A DNA stretch of 60,709 nucleotides, the filler included. It is 4 parts of 4 records of this genome, joined end to end, with 100 filler letters (N's around TTAATTAATTAA, not from the genome) between each part and the next. Parts side by side here need not be neighbours in the genome. Positions count along the whole stretch, not along the records: positions 1 to 10,040 come from SRR20825019_1777; 3 more parts are not named here. The stretch is one strand, 5' to 3'. Positions 1-10,140 of this stretch are shown in pieces. The notes beneath the pieces were generated by a model. It made no database searches. It worked only from the letters and a program-made list of their open reading frames with translations, and was not told the DNA's origin. How positions within the stretch are numbered: position 1 is the first letter of the stretch; every line of letters begins with the position of its first letter. The position numbers were made by a program, and so were the translations under genes.

Positions 1-855
1 TTCAAATCCGAGGTCTATTTCGTCAACACCACCCGTTTCAACGACCAGAAATGGGGCACCAAGAATCCGATCATGGCGCGCGATCCCGAGTTTGGCCCCG
101 TGCGCCTGCGCGCCTTTGGCACCTACTCGGTCAAGGTTTCGGACCCGGCCAAGTTCCTGCTGGAAATCGTCGGCACCGATGGCGAATTCACCATGGACGA
201 GATCAGCTTTCAGATCCGCAACATCATCGTACAGGAGTTCTCGCGCACGCTTGCAGGCTCGGGCATTCCGGTTCTGGACATGGCAGCCAACACCCGCGAG
301 CTGGGCACGCTCGTGTCGAAACAGATCGCGCCGGTGATTGCCGAATACGGGCTGATGCTGCCCGAGCTTTACATCGAAAACATCTCGCTTCCCCCTGCGG
401 TCGAGGCGGTGATGGACAAACGGTCGTCGATGGGTGTGATCGGCAATCTGTCCGAGTACATGCAGTTCCAGACTGCCGAGGCCATGGGCCGCGAAGGTGC
501 CGGTGCTGCGGCCATGCAGACGGGTCTGGGTGCCGGTCTGGGGATGCAGATCGGTCAGCAGGTTGCCGGCGGTGCAGGCCCGTGGGGTGCGCGTCCGCAA
601 GCGGCGGCGCCGGCCCCCGCCAGCGTGGCCCCGCCCCCGCCGCCTGTTGAGCACGTCTGGCACATCGCCGAAGGCGGCAAAACCACCGGCCCGTTTTCCA
701 AGGCGTCGCTGGGCCGTATGGCCGCCGATGGCGCGCTGACGCGCGACAGCTTTGTCTGGACGGCCGGGCAGGACGGGTGGATGCGCGCCGAGGATGTGGC
801 CGAGCTGGCGCAGCTCTTTACCATCCTGCCCCCACCGCCGCCTCCGGCGGGCTGA
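1..855 (+). CDS. SPFH (band 7, YdjI-like) domain protein with C-terminal GYF_2/DUF4339 domain, 5'-truncated
   Basis: Frame is open from base 1 (FKSEVYFVNTTRFNDQKWGTKNPIMARDPEFGPVRLRAFGTY), followed by IENISLP, a Gly/Ala linker, WHIA..GKTTGPFS...TRDSFVWTAGQDGW and a poly-Pro tail. Confidence 0.85.
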   Translation, partial: FKSEVYFVNTTRFNDQKWGTKNPIMARDPEFGPVRLRAFGTYSVKVSDPAKFLLEIVGTDGEFTMDEISFQIRNIIVQEFSRTLAGSGIPVLDMAANTRELGTLVSKQIAPVIAEYGLMLPELYIENISLPPAVEAVMDKRSSMGVIGNLSEYMQFQTAEAMGREGAGAAAMQTGLGAGLGMQIGQQVAGGAGPWGARPQAAAPAPASVAPPPPPVEHVWHIAEGGKTTGPFSKASLGRMAADGALTRDSFVWTAGQDGWMRAEDVAELAQLFTILPPPPPPAG

Positions 856-858
856 ACC

Positions 859-1173
859 ATGACCGGGATGGAGGCGCTGTTTGCCCCACCACCCGGACAC
901 TGGGGCCTGCGCGGTGACCCGCTTTTGTGGGACGCGTTGCGCAGGCTGTTTGACGGCATGGCAATGCCGGACGATCTGGACGCGCTGAACCGTGCGCTGG
1001 ACACCGGATTTGCCGAACTGACCGGCACGGCGCTGGCCGATGCGCCCGACACCTTGCCCGTGTCGTGGGCAAAAGGCACGCAGGGCGGTATGTCGAACGG
1101 TATCGTCTCGCCCCCGTTCTGGCGCGACGTGGGCTTTCCCATGATCCGCGACCGCTGGGCGGTGCGACAATGA
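859..1173 (+). CDS. Conserved hypothetical protein (WGLRGDP motif)
   Basis: 104-aa ORF starting 3 nt after the SPFH stop; motifs WGLRGDPLLW and GGMSNGIVSPPFW; coding-like GC3. Confidence 0.65.
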   Translation: MTGMEALFAPPPGHWGLRGDPLLWDALRRLFDGMAMPDDLDALNRALDTGFAELTGTALADAPDTLPVSWAKGTQGGMSNGIVSPPFWRDVGFPMIRDRWAVRQ

Positions 1174-1206
1174 AACTTTTGCCGCCTGGCTTGCGTGTCA
1201 TGTGAC

Positions 1207-1779
1207 ATGGTCACAGCCCTCCATATCCCGGCGCGCCTGCGTGCCCGACTGCCAGCGCGGCGGGTGGCGTTGAAATGGCTGCACTGGATCATGGTGCCGC
1301 TTTTCATCTGGTTCCTGCTGGTCCAGCCCAAGGATGTCGTCCCCTTTGGCCCCCGAGCCTTTCAGGTGCATTCCACGCTGGCGCTGGTCTTTGTGTCGCT
1401 GTCGCTGGCGTGGACCGCCGATCTGATGCGGCGCGGGCTGGCCAGCCGTCCGGGGCCGAAACTGCGCGGCTGGATGCGCCCCGCCCATCGGTGGGTGCAT
1501 CTGACCCTGATCTGGGGGCTGTTCTTTGTCGCCTTCACCGGTTTCCTGTTGGGGCTGACCTCGACCGTGCTGCTGAAGGCGGGCGGCTTTCTGCCCATCG
1601 CGCCGCCTTTGGGCTTGCGCACCGCCAACCAGATCGTAGGTACGGTGCATATCGTGCAATTCTACGCCCTGGGCGTGGTGGCGGGCGGCCATGCGCTGTT
1701 CCACATCTGGCGCCATTACCGGTTGCGCGACAACGCCCTGCGGATCATGGTGCCGCAACGGTTTCACCGCTATTTGTAA
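1207..1779 (+). CDS. Cytochrome b561/Ni-hydrogenase cytochrome b family membrane protein
   Basis: Four hydrophobic helices with heme-ligand His pattern (LHW, VHS, VHL, VHI, GHALFHIWRHYRLRDNAL). Confidence 0.8.
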   Translation: MVTALHIPARLRARLPARRVALKWLHWIMVPLFIWFLLVQPKDVVPFGPRAFQVHSTLALVFVSLSLAWTADLMRRGLASRPGPKLRGWMRPAHRWVHLTLIWGLFFVAFTGFLLGLTSTVLLKAGGFLPIAPPLGLRTANQIVGTVHIVQFYALGVVAGGHALFHIWRHYRLRDNALRIMVPQRFHRYL

Positions 1780-1843
1780 CGGCCTCAGCCACGGACACAG
1801 ACACCAGATGACACTCCCGATGATCAATGGCATGGTCTGACCC

Positions 1844-2956
1844 ATGAGCTTTGCAGACGATCCGAACAGCCCCGCCGACGAATTCCGCTTTCCCTGTGAT
1901 GCCTGTGGCGCCGACATGCGGTTTTCGCCCGGTCAGGGGCAGCTGAAATGCGACCATTGCGGCCATGTGCAGGCGCTGGACAGCGCCTCGCCCAAGCGCC
2001 AGGCGATCCGCGAACTGGACTTTCGCGCGGCACTGGATGCGCGCCTGCCCGAGGCCGAGATCGAAGAAACGCGCATCTCGAAATGCCCCAACTGCGCCGC
2101 CGAGGTCGCCTTTGACCCCAAGGTACACGCGACCGAATGCCCGTTCTGCGCCACGCCGGTGGTCGCGGACACGGGGCTGAGCCGTCATATCAAGCCGCGC
2201 GGTGTGCTGCCCTTTGGCCTGACCGAGACCGCCGCGCGCAAGGCGATGACCGAATGGCTGGGCAGCCTGTGGTTCGCGCCGAACGGCCTGCAGGACTATG
2301 CCCGCAAGGGGCGTGCGATGCAGGGCATTTACGTGCCTTACTGGACCTTCGATGCGGACACCAAGACCGCCTATACCGGCGAACGCGGCACGGTTTATTA
2401 CGTCACCCGTACCGTCATGCGCGACGGCAAGCCGACCATGGTGCAAGAGGCCAAAGTGCGCTGGAACCGCGCCGCGGGCCGCGTCGCGCGGTTCTTTGAC
2501 GATGTGCTGGTGCTGGCCTCGACCAGCCTGCCGAAACGCTACACCGATGCGCTGGAGCCCTGGGATCTGGCAGCCCTTGAGCCTTACGCCCCCGAATATC
2601 TGGCAGGCTTTCGCGCCGAGGCTTATTCGGTCGAGCTGAAGGACGGCTATGCCGAGGCCCGCGCCCACATGGACCGCGTGATCGAACGTGACGTGCGCTT
2701 CGACATCGGCGGCGACCGCCAGCGCATTCACAACATGGACACCACGCTGGGCGAGGTCACGTTCAAACACATCCTGTTGCCGGTCTGGCTGGCGGCGTAC
2801 AAATACCGTGGCAAAACCTATCGTTTTGTCGTCAACGGGCGCACCGGCCAGGTGCAGGGCGAGCGCCCCTATTCCGCGATCAAGATCACCATCGCCGTGA
2901 TCCTTGGCCTGATTGCGGCGGCCGCCATCGGCTATGTCGTGGCGCAAAACCAATGA
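1844..2956 (+). CDS. Zn-ribbon membrane protein (YdjG-like)
   Basis: Four CxxC pairs (CDAC, CDHC, CPNC, CPFC), YVPYWTFD, LLPVW, VNGRTGQVQGERP and a C-terminal TM helix. Confidence 0.8.
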   Translation: MSFADDPNSPADEFRFPCDACGADMRFSPGQGQLKCDHCGHVQALDSASPKRQAIRELDFRAALDARLPEAEIEETRISKCPNCAAEVAFDPKVHATECPFCATPVVADTGLSRHIKPRGVLPFGLTETAARKAMTEWLGSLWFAPNGLQDYARKGRAMQGIYVPYWTFDADTKTAYTGERGTVYYVTRTVMRDGKPTMVQEAKVRWNRAAGRVARFFDDVLVLASTSLPKRYTDALEPWDLAALEPYAPEYLAGFRAEAYSVELKDGYAEARAHMDRVIERDVRFDIGGDRQRIHNMDTTLGEVTFKHILLPVWLAAYKYRGKTYRFVVNGRTGQVQGERPYSAIKITIAVILGLIAAAAIGYVVAQNQ

Positions 2957-3636
2957 AGGCTGAGATGACCCAGATCGACACGCTGAACGCAATTATGGAC
3001 GCGCGCTATTCCTGCCGCGCCTTTCGTCCCGATCCGGTGGACCGCGCGACGATTGAAACCATCGTGGCCACGGCGCAAAAGGTGCCCAGCTGGTGCAACG
3101 CACAGCCCTGGCAGGTGACCATCACCAGCGGCGCGGCCACGGACAGCTTTCGCGAGGCGCTTTATGCCCATGCGATGTCAGCCACCCCGGCCCCCGATCT
3201 GGACTGGCCCGAGAAATATAAGGGCGTCTATCTGGACCGCCGCCGCGCATGCGGGTTTCAGTTGTACAACGCCGTGGGCATCGAAAAGGGCGACCGGCCT
3301 GCCGGTGCCAGGCAGATGATGGAAAACTATCGCCTGTTTGACGCGCCGCATGTGGCATTGGTCACCGCCCCTAAAGAGCTGGGACCATATGGCGCGATGG
3401 ATTCGGGCGGCTTTGTCGCGGCCTTTACGCTGGCAGCGGCCGCTTTGGGCGTGGCCACGGTGCCGCAGGCGGCCATTGCCGCCTATGCGCCGATGGTGCG
3501 CGACCACTTCCGTCTGCCGGACGACCGCAACCTGCTGTGTGCTATCTCGTTTGGCTATGCCGACGATGACCACCCCGCCAACAGTTTCCGCACCGAACGG
3601 GCGACGCCCGCCGACGTCATCGACTGGAAAGACTGA
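2953..3636 (+). CDS. Nitroreductase family protein
   Basis: [21 protein letters not shown] and ISFGYAD motifs; ATGA overlap with the upstream gene. Confidence 0.9.
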   Translation: MKAEMTQIDTLNAIMDARYSCRAFRPDPVDRATIETIVATAQKVPSWCNAQPWQVTITSGAATDSFREALYAHAMSATPAPDLDWPEKYKGVYLDRRRACGFQLYNAVGIEKGDRPAGARQMMENYRLFDAPHVALVTAPKELGPYGAMDSGGFVAAFTLAAAALGVATVPQAAIAAYAPMVRDHFRLPDDRNLLCAISFGYADDDHPANSFRTERATPADVIDWKD

Positions 3637-4079
3637 TGCGCGCGCTGTTGCAACGGGTCACCGAGGCTTCGGTGAAGGTAGACGGGGCGCAAGTCGGTGC
3701 TACCGGCCCCGGTCTGCTGATCCTTGTCTGTGCCATGCCAGAAGACGACTTTGACACCGCTCGCGCGTTGGCGCTCAAGATTTCGAAACTGCGGCTGTTC
3801 AAGGATGAGGCCGGCAAGATGAACCTGTCGGTCCTGCAAACCGGCGGCTCGGCCCTTGTGGTCAGCCAGTTCACGCTGGCCGCCGACACGTCACGCGGCA
3901 ACCGCCCCGGCTTTTCCGGTGCGGCCAAACCCGATCAGGCCGAAACCCTGTATCTTCAGTTCGCCCACGCGCTTCGCGATCTGGGCATCGCGACGCAAAC
4001 CGGCCAGTTCGGTGCGGATATGGCGGTGAGCCTGACCAATGACGGCCCCGTCACCCTGTGGCTCGACACTGCGGACTGA
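3636..4079 (+). CDS. dtd: D-aminoacyl-tRNA deacylase
   Basis: [21 protein letters not shown] and NDGPVT signatures. Confidence 0.97.
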   Translation: MRALLQRVTEASVKVDGAQVGATGPGLLILVCAMPEDDFDTARALALKISKLRLFKDEAGKMNLSVLQTGGSALVVSQFTLAADTSRGNRPGFSGAAKPDQAETLYLQFAHALRDLGIATQTGQFGADMAVSLTNDGPVTLWLDTAD

Positions 4080-4390
4080 GCGTGCGGATCGCATTTTCGT
4101 GGTTCAGAAATCCCCGCTGGAGCCGCCCGGACACGGAGGTCAAAACAGGTCACAAACGCAACGCGGGGGCGGTTGGGCCGCTTGCCCTCCACCCCTCACG
4201 TGCCTGCCAATCTGATCTGCCGCGCACCCCGAAAGATGCCACCGTCTGTGCCTGTATCGGACTGAATAATATGATGTTTTTCACTTCGCCCACATGACTA
4301 TAGGCGGCACAAAAGCACCAGTTTACACCGTCCGGGGTCAGTACCGCCGCCCATCTGATGCGGGCTGTGGCGTGATTTGCCTGACTTGAA

Positions 4391-4427
4391 GTGATTCTAA
4401 CCGAATCATGATTCGGCGGATAGAGTC
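4391..4427. promoter_or_regulatory. Perfect 16-bp palindrome CCGAATCATGATTCGG (4401-4416) within a cluster of four GANTC sites
   Basis: GATTC 4393, GAATC 4403, GATTC 4410 and GAGTC 4423 in an intergenic region. Confidence 0.45.
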
Positions 4428-4517
4428 TTTTTGATTTTTTTCATCTTTCCTTGGTGGCTTGCCCTGCCCCTGCGCGCTACCATTGCCGAAACGCGCGGTC
4501 CCAACACCAAGGACATC

Positions 4518-5609
4518 ATGACACGGCTTACAGACCTCTGGCAGATCGGCGTGGATGCAGTGGGCGGCGACACCAGCGTGCGTCAGTCGCTGCGCGCGCA
4601 TCCCATCACCCCGCCCGACCGCATCATCGCCGTGGGCAAGGCGGCCACCGCCATGGCCCGCGCCGCCGCGTCGCTGTTCCCCGATGCCCCGATGCTGATC
4701 GTGACCAAGGACGGCCATGCGGACGGCGCACCCGCCCATGCCCGGGTGATCGAGGCCGCGCATCCCGTGCCCAATGCCGCCAGCCTGAAAGCAGGTGCCG
4801 TGATGCTGGAGGCGGTGCAGGATTGCGGCCCCGGCACGCACCTCTTGATGCTGGTTTCGGGCGGGGCATCGGCGCTGGCCGAAGTGCTTGAGGACGACCT
4901 GACGCTGGACGATCTGGCGCAGCGGACGCAAGCCAAGCTGGCCTCGGGGGCGGATATTCACCAGATCAACGCCATGCGGCGCGGCCTGTCGCGGATCAAG
5001 GGCGGCAAATTGCTGGAGGCCTTTCGGGGTGCGAAAGTGACCACGCTGGCGATTTCGGATGTCGAAGGCGACAGTCTGGGCGTCATCGGCTCGGGCATCG
5101 GGGATGCGCCTGAAGGCCGGGCATTTGCCCATGATGCGCGCATCGTGGCGTCGAACGCCATCGCGCGGGCGGCCATCGCTCAGGCTGCGCAAGCAGATGT
5201 GCGCAGCAACGCCGAGACGCTCTACGAGGATGTCGCAACCCTTGCCCCGCGCATCGCCGCAGAGCTGAAAGCTGCGCCCGATGGCCTGCATGTCCTTGGC
5301 GGCGAACCCACCGTGATCCTGCCCGAAAATCCCGGTCTGGGCGGGCGGAACATGATGCTGGCCTTGCGTCTGGCCCGTGAGATCGCGGGGGTGGACGACC
5401 TGCAGATTCTGGTGGCCGGCACCGACGGATCGGACGGTCCCACGGACGCGGCAGGGGCCATTGTCGACGGAAAAACATGGGACTCCAGCGGCCAGGCCGC
5501 GATAGAGTCCGCCGCCCCCTACGACTGGCTGGCGGCGCGCGGTGCGCTGCTGAAACCCGGCCCGACTGGCACAAATGTGATGGACCTGCTGATCGCGCGC
5601 AAAGGGTGA
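4518..5609 (+). CDS. MOFRL/DUF4147 glycerate 2-kinase (TtuD-like)
   Basis: AVGKAA, AAHPVP, LVSGGASAL, IKGGKL, ISDV, GGEPTV, GGRN, GTDGSDGPT and GPTGTNVMD; AAGGA RBS before the ATG at 4518. Confidence 0.9.
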   Translation: MTRLTDLWQIGVDAVGGDTSVRQSLRAHPITPPDRIIAVGKAATAMARAAASLFPDAPMLIVTKDGHADGAPAHARVIEAAHPVPNAASLKAGAVMLEAVQDCGPGTHLLMLVSGGASALAEVLEDDLTLDDLAQRTQAKLASGADIHQINAMRRGLSRIKGGKLLEAFRGAKVTTLAISDVEGDSLGVIGSGIGDAPEGRAFAHDARIVASNAIARAAIAQAAQADVRSNAETLYEDVATLAPRIAAELKAAPDGLHVLGGEPTVILPENPGLGGRNMMLALRLAREIAGVDDLQILVAGTDGSDGPTDAAGAIVDGKTWDSSGQAAIESAAPYDWLAARGALLKPGPTGTNVMDLLIARKG

Positions 5610-5649
5610 TCGCCTTGACATCCGGCCCCAGACAGGAAAATCAACGCCC

Positions 5650-7665
5650 ATGAGCGACGCATCCAACGCCCCCCGCGACATCACCGAAGACCCTGACCAC
5701 GCCATCGTCATGTCTGATGGCACACGTTTGTCGGCCCGCCTGTGGCGCCCCGAAGACGACAGCGAACAGGTCCCGGCCATCCTGGAATTCCTGCCCTACC
5801 GCAAACGCGACGGCACCTGTCCGCGCGATGCGCTGACCCATCCCTACTTTGCCCGCCACGGCTATGCCTGTGCGCGCGTGGACATGCGCGGCAATGGCGA
5901 CAGCGAAGGGATCATGGAAGACGAATACAGCCAGCAAGAGCTGGACGACGCCGTCGAGGTGATCCGCCATCTGGCCGCGCAGCCGTGGTGCAACGGCAAT
6001 GTCGGCATGATGGGAATCAGCTGGGGTGGCTTCAATTCGCTTCAGGTTGCGGCCATGACGCCGCCCGAGCTCAAGGCGATCATCACCCTATGTTCGACCG
6101 TCGACCGCTTTGCCGATGACATCCATTACAAGGGTGGCAACCTGCTGAACGAAAATCTGGGCTGGGGGGCGACGATGTGGTCCTATTCCAGCCGCGCGCC
6201 CGACCCTGCCCTGCGCGAGAACTGGCGCGAGATGTGGCTGGAGCGGCTTGAGGCCGAACCCTTCCTGCCCTCGCTGTGGCTGCGGCACCAGCGGCGTGAC
6301 AGCTATTGGGAGCACGGCAGCGTCTGCGAAAGCTATGACACGATCAAGGCCAAGGTTCTGGCCGTCGGCGGCTGGGGGGACAGCTACAAGAACACCGTCC
6401 CGCAGATCGTGAAGAACATTCCCGGGTCCAAGGGCATCGTCGGTCCGTGGGTGCACAAATATCCGCACTTTGCCGTGCCCGAGCCGCGCATCGGCTTTCT
6501 GCAAGAGGCCCTGCGCTGGTGGGACCGCTGGTTGAAGGGCATCGACACCGGCGTCGAGGATGATCCCGATTACCGCGCCTATGTGATGGACGGCGTGCGC
6601 CCGGCCACATGGTACACCGACCGCCCGGGCCGCTGGGTGACGCAGGACGGTGCGGTCGCGGGCCGCGAGACGATGCATGAAGAGCCGGTGATGAACCGCA
6701 ACTTCTGGCTGGGCGACGGCGTGCTGAGCACCGACATCGATGTGGCCGACACAACCGTGCAATCGCCAGCGCACACCGGTGCGGATGCGGGGGAATACTG
6801 CGCCATCTGGCTGGGCCCGGAAATGCCCGGCGACCAGCGCCGCGACGACGGGTTGTCGGCGACGTGGACCTCGTCCCCGCTGGACAGCGACATGGACATT
6901 CTGGGTGCGCCTGCCATCGAAATGATGCTGCGCAGTGACGCCCCGCAGGCGCAGATCGCCGTGCGGCTGTGCCATGTGCACCCGGACGGGGCGTCCACGC
7001 GGATCACCTATGGCGTGCTGAACCTCAGCCACCGCGACAGCGCGTCGGACCCAAGCGCGATGCCCGTGGGCGAGGACCAGTTCGTGACGCTGGCGCTGGA
7101 TCACGTCGGCTACCGTGTGCCCAAGGGGCACCGGCTGCGGGTGTCCATCTCGACCGCCTACTGGCCGCTGATGTGGCCCACGCCCACCGCCGCCGCCGTG
7201 CACATCCACCGCGCGCAACTGGGCGTGCCGCTGCACGAGGCGCGCGCGCAGGACGGATCGGTCGCCTTTCCGCCCCCTGCTGCCGCAGAGCCGTGGGAGG
7301 TCGAGGAACTGCGCCCCGAAACCCACGTCCGTCGTCAGGACACGGATATGGTGACCGGCACCACGACGCTGGTGATCGAGGATGATTTCGGCAAGTGGCG
7401 CGACAGCGATCACGGGCTGATCAACGGATCTGTTGCCCGCGAAAGATGGTCGATCCATCCCGACGATCCGCTGAGCGCGCGGGGCACCTGCCACTGGACC
7501 GACGAGATCGAGCGCGGCGACATCCGCCTGCGCACCGAGACCTACAGCGAAATGTGGTCAGACGGGACGACCTTCTACCTGACGGCGAAAGTCGAGGCAT
7601 ATGAGAATGACACATTGATATTCGACAAAAGCGTCGAGGACAGCATAGCGCGTGATCACCTCTGA
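5650..7665 (+). CDS. CocE/NonD family hydrolase (peptidase S15)
   Basis: PYRKRD, VDMRGNGDSEG, nucleophile GISWGG, VGGWGD, GPWVHKYP and PepX-like C-terminal domain. Confidence 0.93.
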   Translation: MSDASNAPRDITEDPDHAIVMSDGTRLSARLWRPEDDSEQVPAILEFLPYRKRDGTCPRDALTHPYFARHGYACARVDMRGNGDSEGIMEDEYSQQELDDAVEVIRHLAAQPWCNGNVGMMGISWGGFNSLQVAAMTPPELKAIITLCSTVDRFADDIHYKGGNLLNENLGWGATMWSYSSRAPDPALRENWREMWLERLEAEPFLPSLWLRHQRRDSYWEHGSVCESYDTIKAKVLAVGGWGDSYKNTVPQIVKNIPGSKGIVGPWVHKYPHFAVPEPRIGFLQEALRWWDRWLKGIDTGVEDDPDYRAYVMDGVRPATWYTDRPGRWVTQDGAVAGRETMHEEPVMNRNFWLGDGVLSTDIDVADTTVQSPAHTGADAGEYCAIWLGPEMPGDQRRDDGLSATWTSSPLDSDMDILGAPAIEMMLRSDAPQAQIAVRLCHVHPDGASTRITYGVLNLSHRDSASDPSAMPVGEDQFVTLALDHVGYRVPKGHRLRVSISTAYWPLMWPTPTAAAVHIHRAQLGVPLHEARAQDGSVAFPPPAAAEPWEVEELRPETHVRRQDTDMVTGTTTLVIEDDFGKWRDSDHGLINGSVARERWSIHPDDPLSARGTCHWTDEIERGDIRLRTETYSEMWSDGTTFYLTAKVEAYENDTLIFDKSVEDSIARDHL

Positions 7666-7722
7666 ACACGGACCGGTACGGCGCGGGAATAATCCTTGCG
7701 ACAACGCCACAAATGCGCAACG

Positions 7723-7738
7723 TTGACTCCATAGTCAA
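7723..7738. promoter_or_regulatory. Inverted repeat TTGACT-N4-AGTCAA upstream of the ABC operon (candidate operator overlapping a -35-like TTGACT)
   Basis: Perfect 6-bp inverted repeat about 75 nt upstream of the SBP start. Confidence 0.4.
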
Positions 7739-7813
7739 TAATAACGCGCGCGACAGTCGGGCGACTGGCTGGATTGCGCTGATGCGCGAAACAATCAACG
7801 GGAGACCTAAAAC

Positions 7814-9418
7814 ATGAATGAACAACTGCAACACATGACACGCGAAGTGGCCAAGGGCCGCATGACACGTCGTGAATTCGTGGGCCGCGCCGCGGCCTTG
7901 GGTGTGACGGCTGTTGCCGCCAACGCCATGCTGGCAGGCCACGCACAGGCCGCCGCACATGAGGCCCCCAAACGCGGTGGCACGATCAAGATCGGCTCGT
8001 CGGGCGGTGAATCCACCAACACCCAGGACCCTGCGCTGACCGCATCCGAAGTTCCGCTGAACAACCTGTATGCCTGGGGTGAAACCCTGTTGGATGTCGA
8101 TCCCGAAGGCAAGATCGAGCCGCGTATGGCCGAAAGCGTCGAAGCTTCGGCGGATGCGAAACAATGGGTGTTCAAGATCCGCAAGGGCATTCCCTTTTCC
8201 AACGGCAAGGACATGACCCCCGAGGACGTGCTGAAAACCATGCAGCGCCACTCGAACGAGGAAAGCAAATCGGGTGCTCTGGGCATCATGAAGGGCATTG
8301 CCGACATGAAAGTGGACGGCGACAATTTCATCGTCGATCTGGAATCGCCCAACGCCGACCTTCCCTATCTGATGGCCGACTATCACCTGATCATCCAGCC
8401 TGACGGCGGCATGGACAATCCGGGTGCCGCGATCGGCACCGGCCCCTATACGCTGGAAATTGACGAGCCTGGCGTGCGTCACGCGTTCAAGCGCCGCGAC
8501 GATTTCTGGGATTCGGAAAACCGCGGCTTTGCGGACGAAGTCGAGATTCTGGTGCTGAACGACGCCACGGCCCGTACGGCTGCCCTGCAGTCGGGTCAGG
8601 TGCACGCGATCAACCGCGTCGACCCCAAGGTTGCCAGCCTGCTGGACCGCGCGCCCAACCTGTCGGTGCAATCGTCCTCGGGTCGGGGTCACTATGTGTT
8701 CATCGCACATATCGACACGGCACCCTTTGACAACAACGAACTGCGTCTGGCGCTGAAATACGCGATCAATCGCGAAGAGTTGGTGGACAAGATCCTGCGC
8801 GGCTATGGCTCGATCGGCAACGATTTCCCGATCAACGCCTCCTACCCGCTGTTCGACGACACGATCCCGCAGCGCGAGCATTCCATCGAAAAGGCCAAGG
8901 AACATTACGCCGCGTCCGGCCACGATGGCAGCCCGATCATCCTGCGCGTGTCCGACGGTGCCTTCCCCGGTGCGGTCGATGCCGCATCGCTGTTCCAGCA
9001 GTCGGCCCAGGCGGCTGGCATCCCGCTGGAAATCAAGCGCGAGCCGAACGACGGTTACTGGTCGGAAGTGTGGAACGTGCAGCCCTTCTGCGCCTCTTAC
9101 TGGGGTGGCCGTCCGGTGCAGGACCAGATGTACACCACCGCCTATCTGTCGACTGCAGACTGGAACGACACACGCTGGAAACGCCCCGAGTTCGACAAGA
9201 TGCTGAACGAGGCGAAATCAGAGCTCGACGACGCCAAGCGCAAGGAAATCTATTCCCAGATGGGTCAGATGCTGCGCAACGAAGGCGGTCTGATCCTGCC
9301 GATGTTCAACGATTTCGTGAACGGCGTCAGCAACGATCTGGGTGGCTGGATCAACGACCCGAACGGCGAAATGATGTCGAACCAGGCCGCGATCAAATGT
9401 TGGCTGAAGTCGGCATAA
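7814..9418 (+). CDS. ABC transporter substrate-binding protein, family 5 (dipeptide/oligopeptide), Tat signal
   Basis: TRREFV twin-arginine signal, FSNGKDMTPEDV, IGTGPY, RLALKYAINR; GGAG RBS. Confidence 0.93.
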   Translation: MNEQLQHMTREVAKGRMTRREFVGRAAALGVTAVAANAMLAGHAQAAAHEAPKRGGTIKIGSSGGESTNTQDPALTASEVPLNNLYAWGETLLDVDPEGKIEPRMAESVEASADAKQWVFKIRKGIPFSNGKDMTPEDVLKTMQRHSNEESKSGALGIMKGIADMKVDGDNFIVDLESPNADLPYLMADYHLIIQPDGGMDNPGAAIGTGPYTLEIDEPGVRHAFKRRDDFWDSENRGFADEVEILVLNDATARTAALQSGQVHAINRVDPKVASLLDRAPNLSVQSSSGRGHYVFIAHIDTAPFDNNELRLALKYAINREELVDKILRGYGSIGNDFPINASYPLFDDTIPQREHSIEKAKEHYAASGHDGSPIILRVSDGAFPGAVDAASLFQQSAQAAGIPLEIKREPNDGYWSEVWNVQPFCASYWGGRPVQDQMYTTAYLSTADWNDTRWKRPEFDKMLNEAKSELDDAKRKEIYSQMGQMLRNEGGLILPMFNDFVNGVSNDLGGWINDPNGEMMSNQAAIKCWLKSA

Positions 9419-9431
9419 GGGCGCAAAGCAG

Positions 9432-10040
9432 ATGCACCCTGTCCTGAAATTGATCACCCAGCGCATGGCGCTGGGTGTCGTTTTGCTGTTCGCGGCCTCG
9501 ATCCTGATCTTTGTTGGCACCACGATCCTGCCGGGCGACGTCGCGCAATCCATATTGGGGCAGTCCGCCACACCCCAATCCCTGGCCAACCTCCGTGCTG
9601 AACTGGGTCTGAACGATCCTCCTGTTGCCCGCTATTTCGCCTGGCTGGGCGGCGTGTTGCAGGGTGATCTGGGCACCGCGCTGACCAACGGGCGTGACAT
9701 TGCCGAAAGCCTGGGCGGGCGGTTTGCGAACACCATGTTCCTGGCCTTCTGGGCCGCGCTGATCTCGGTGCCGCTGGCGATCCTGCTGGGGCTGATCGCG
9801 GTGCGTTACCGCGACCGCTGGCCGGACAAGGTGATTTCGGGCATCACGCTGACGTCCATTTCGATCCCCGAATTCCTGATCGGCTATGTGCTGATGTTCT
9901 TTGTCGCGGTCAAACTGGGCTGGGCGCCTTCTGTGGCGATGATCAACGATACGATGTCGCTGGGGCAGAAACTGAACGCCATTGCCCTGCCCGTCGCGGT
10001 GCTGACGCTGGTGGTTCTGGCGCATATGATGCGCATGACC
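9432..10040 (+). CDS. ABC transporter permease (DppB/OppB type), 3'-truncated
   Basis: LPGDVA, LGLNDP...RYFAWL..VLQGDLG and SIPEF motifs; runs into the spacer. Confidence 0.9.
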
Positions 10041-10140
10041 NNNNNNNNNNNNNNNNNNNNNNNNNNNNNNNNNNNNNNNNNNNNTTAATTAATTAANNNN
10101 NNNNNNNNNNNNNNNNNNNNNNNNNNNNNNNNNNNNNNNN
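10041..10140. other. Artificial contig-joining spacer
   Basis: N44-TTAATTAATTAA-N44 with stops in all six frames. Confidence 0.99.

Noticed and set aside
1844-2956. Primosomal protein N'/helicase label often given to this family
   Set aside because: No Walker A/B or helicase motifs; only Zn ribbons and a TM helix
6088-8923. Long antisense ORFs (468 and 500 aa; similarly 1745-2992, 4338-5780, 23010-24221, 26115-27365)
   Set aside because: Shadow frames of high-GC genes with no recognisable motifs
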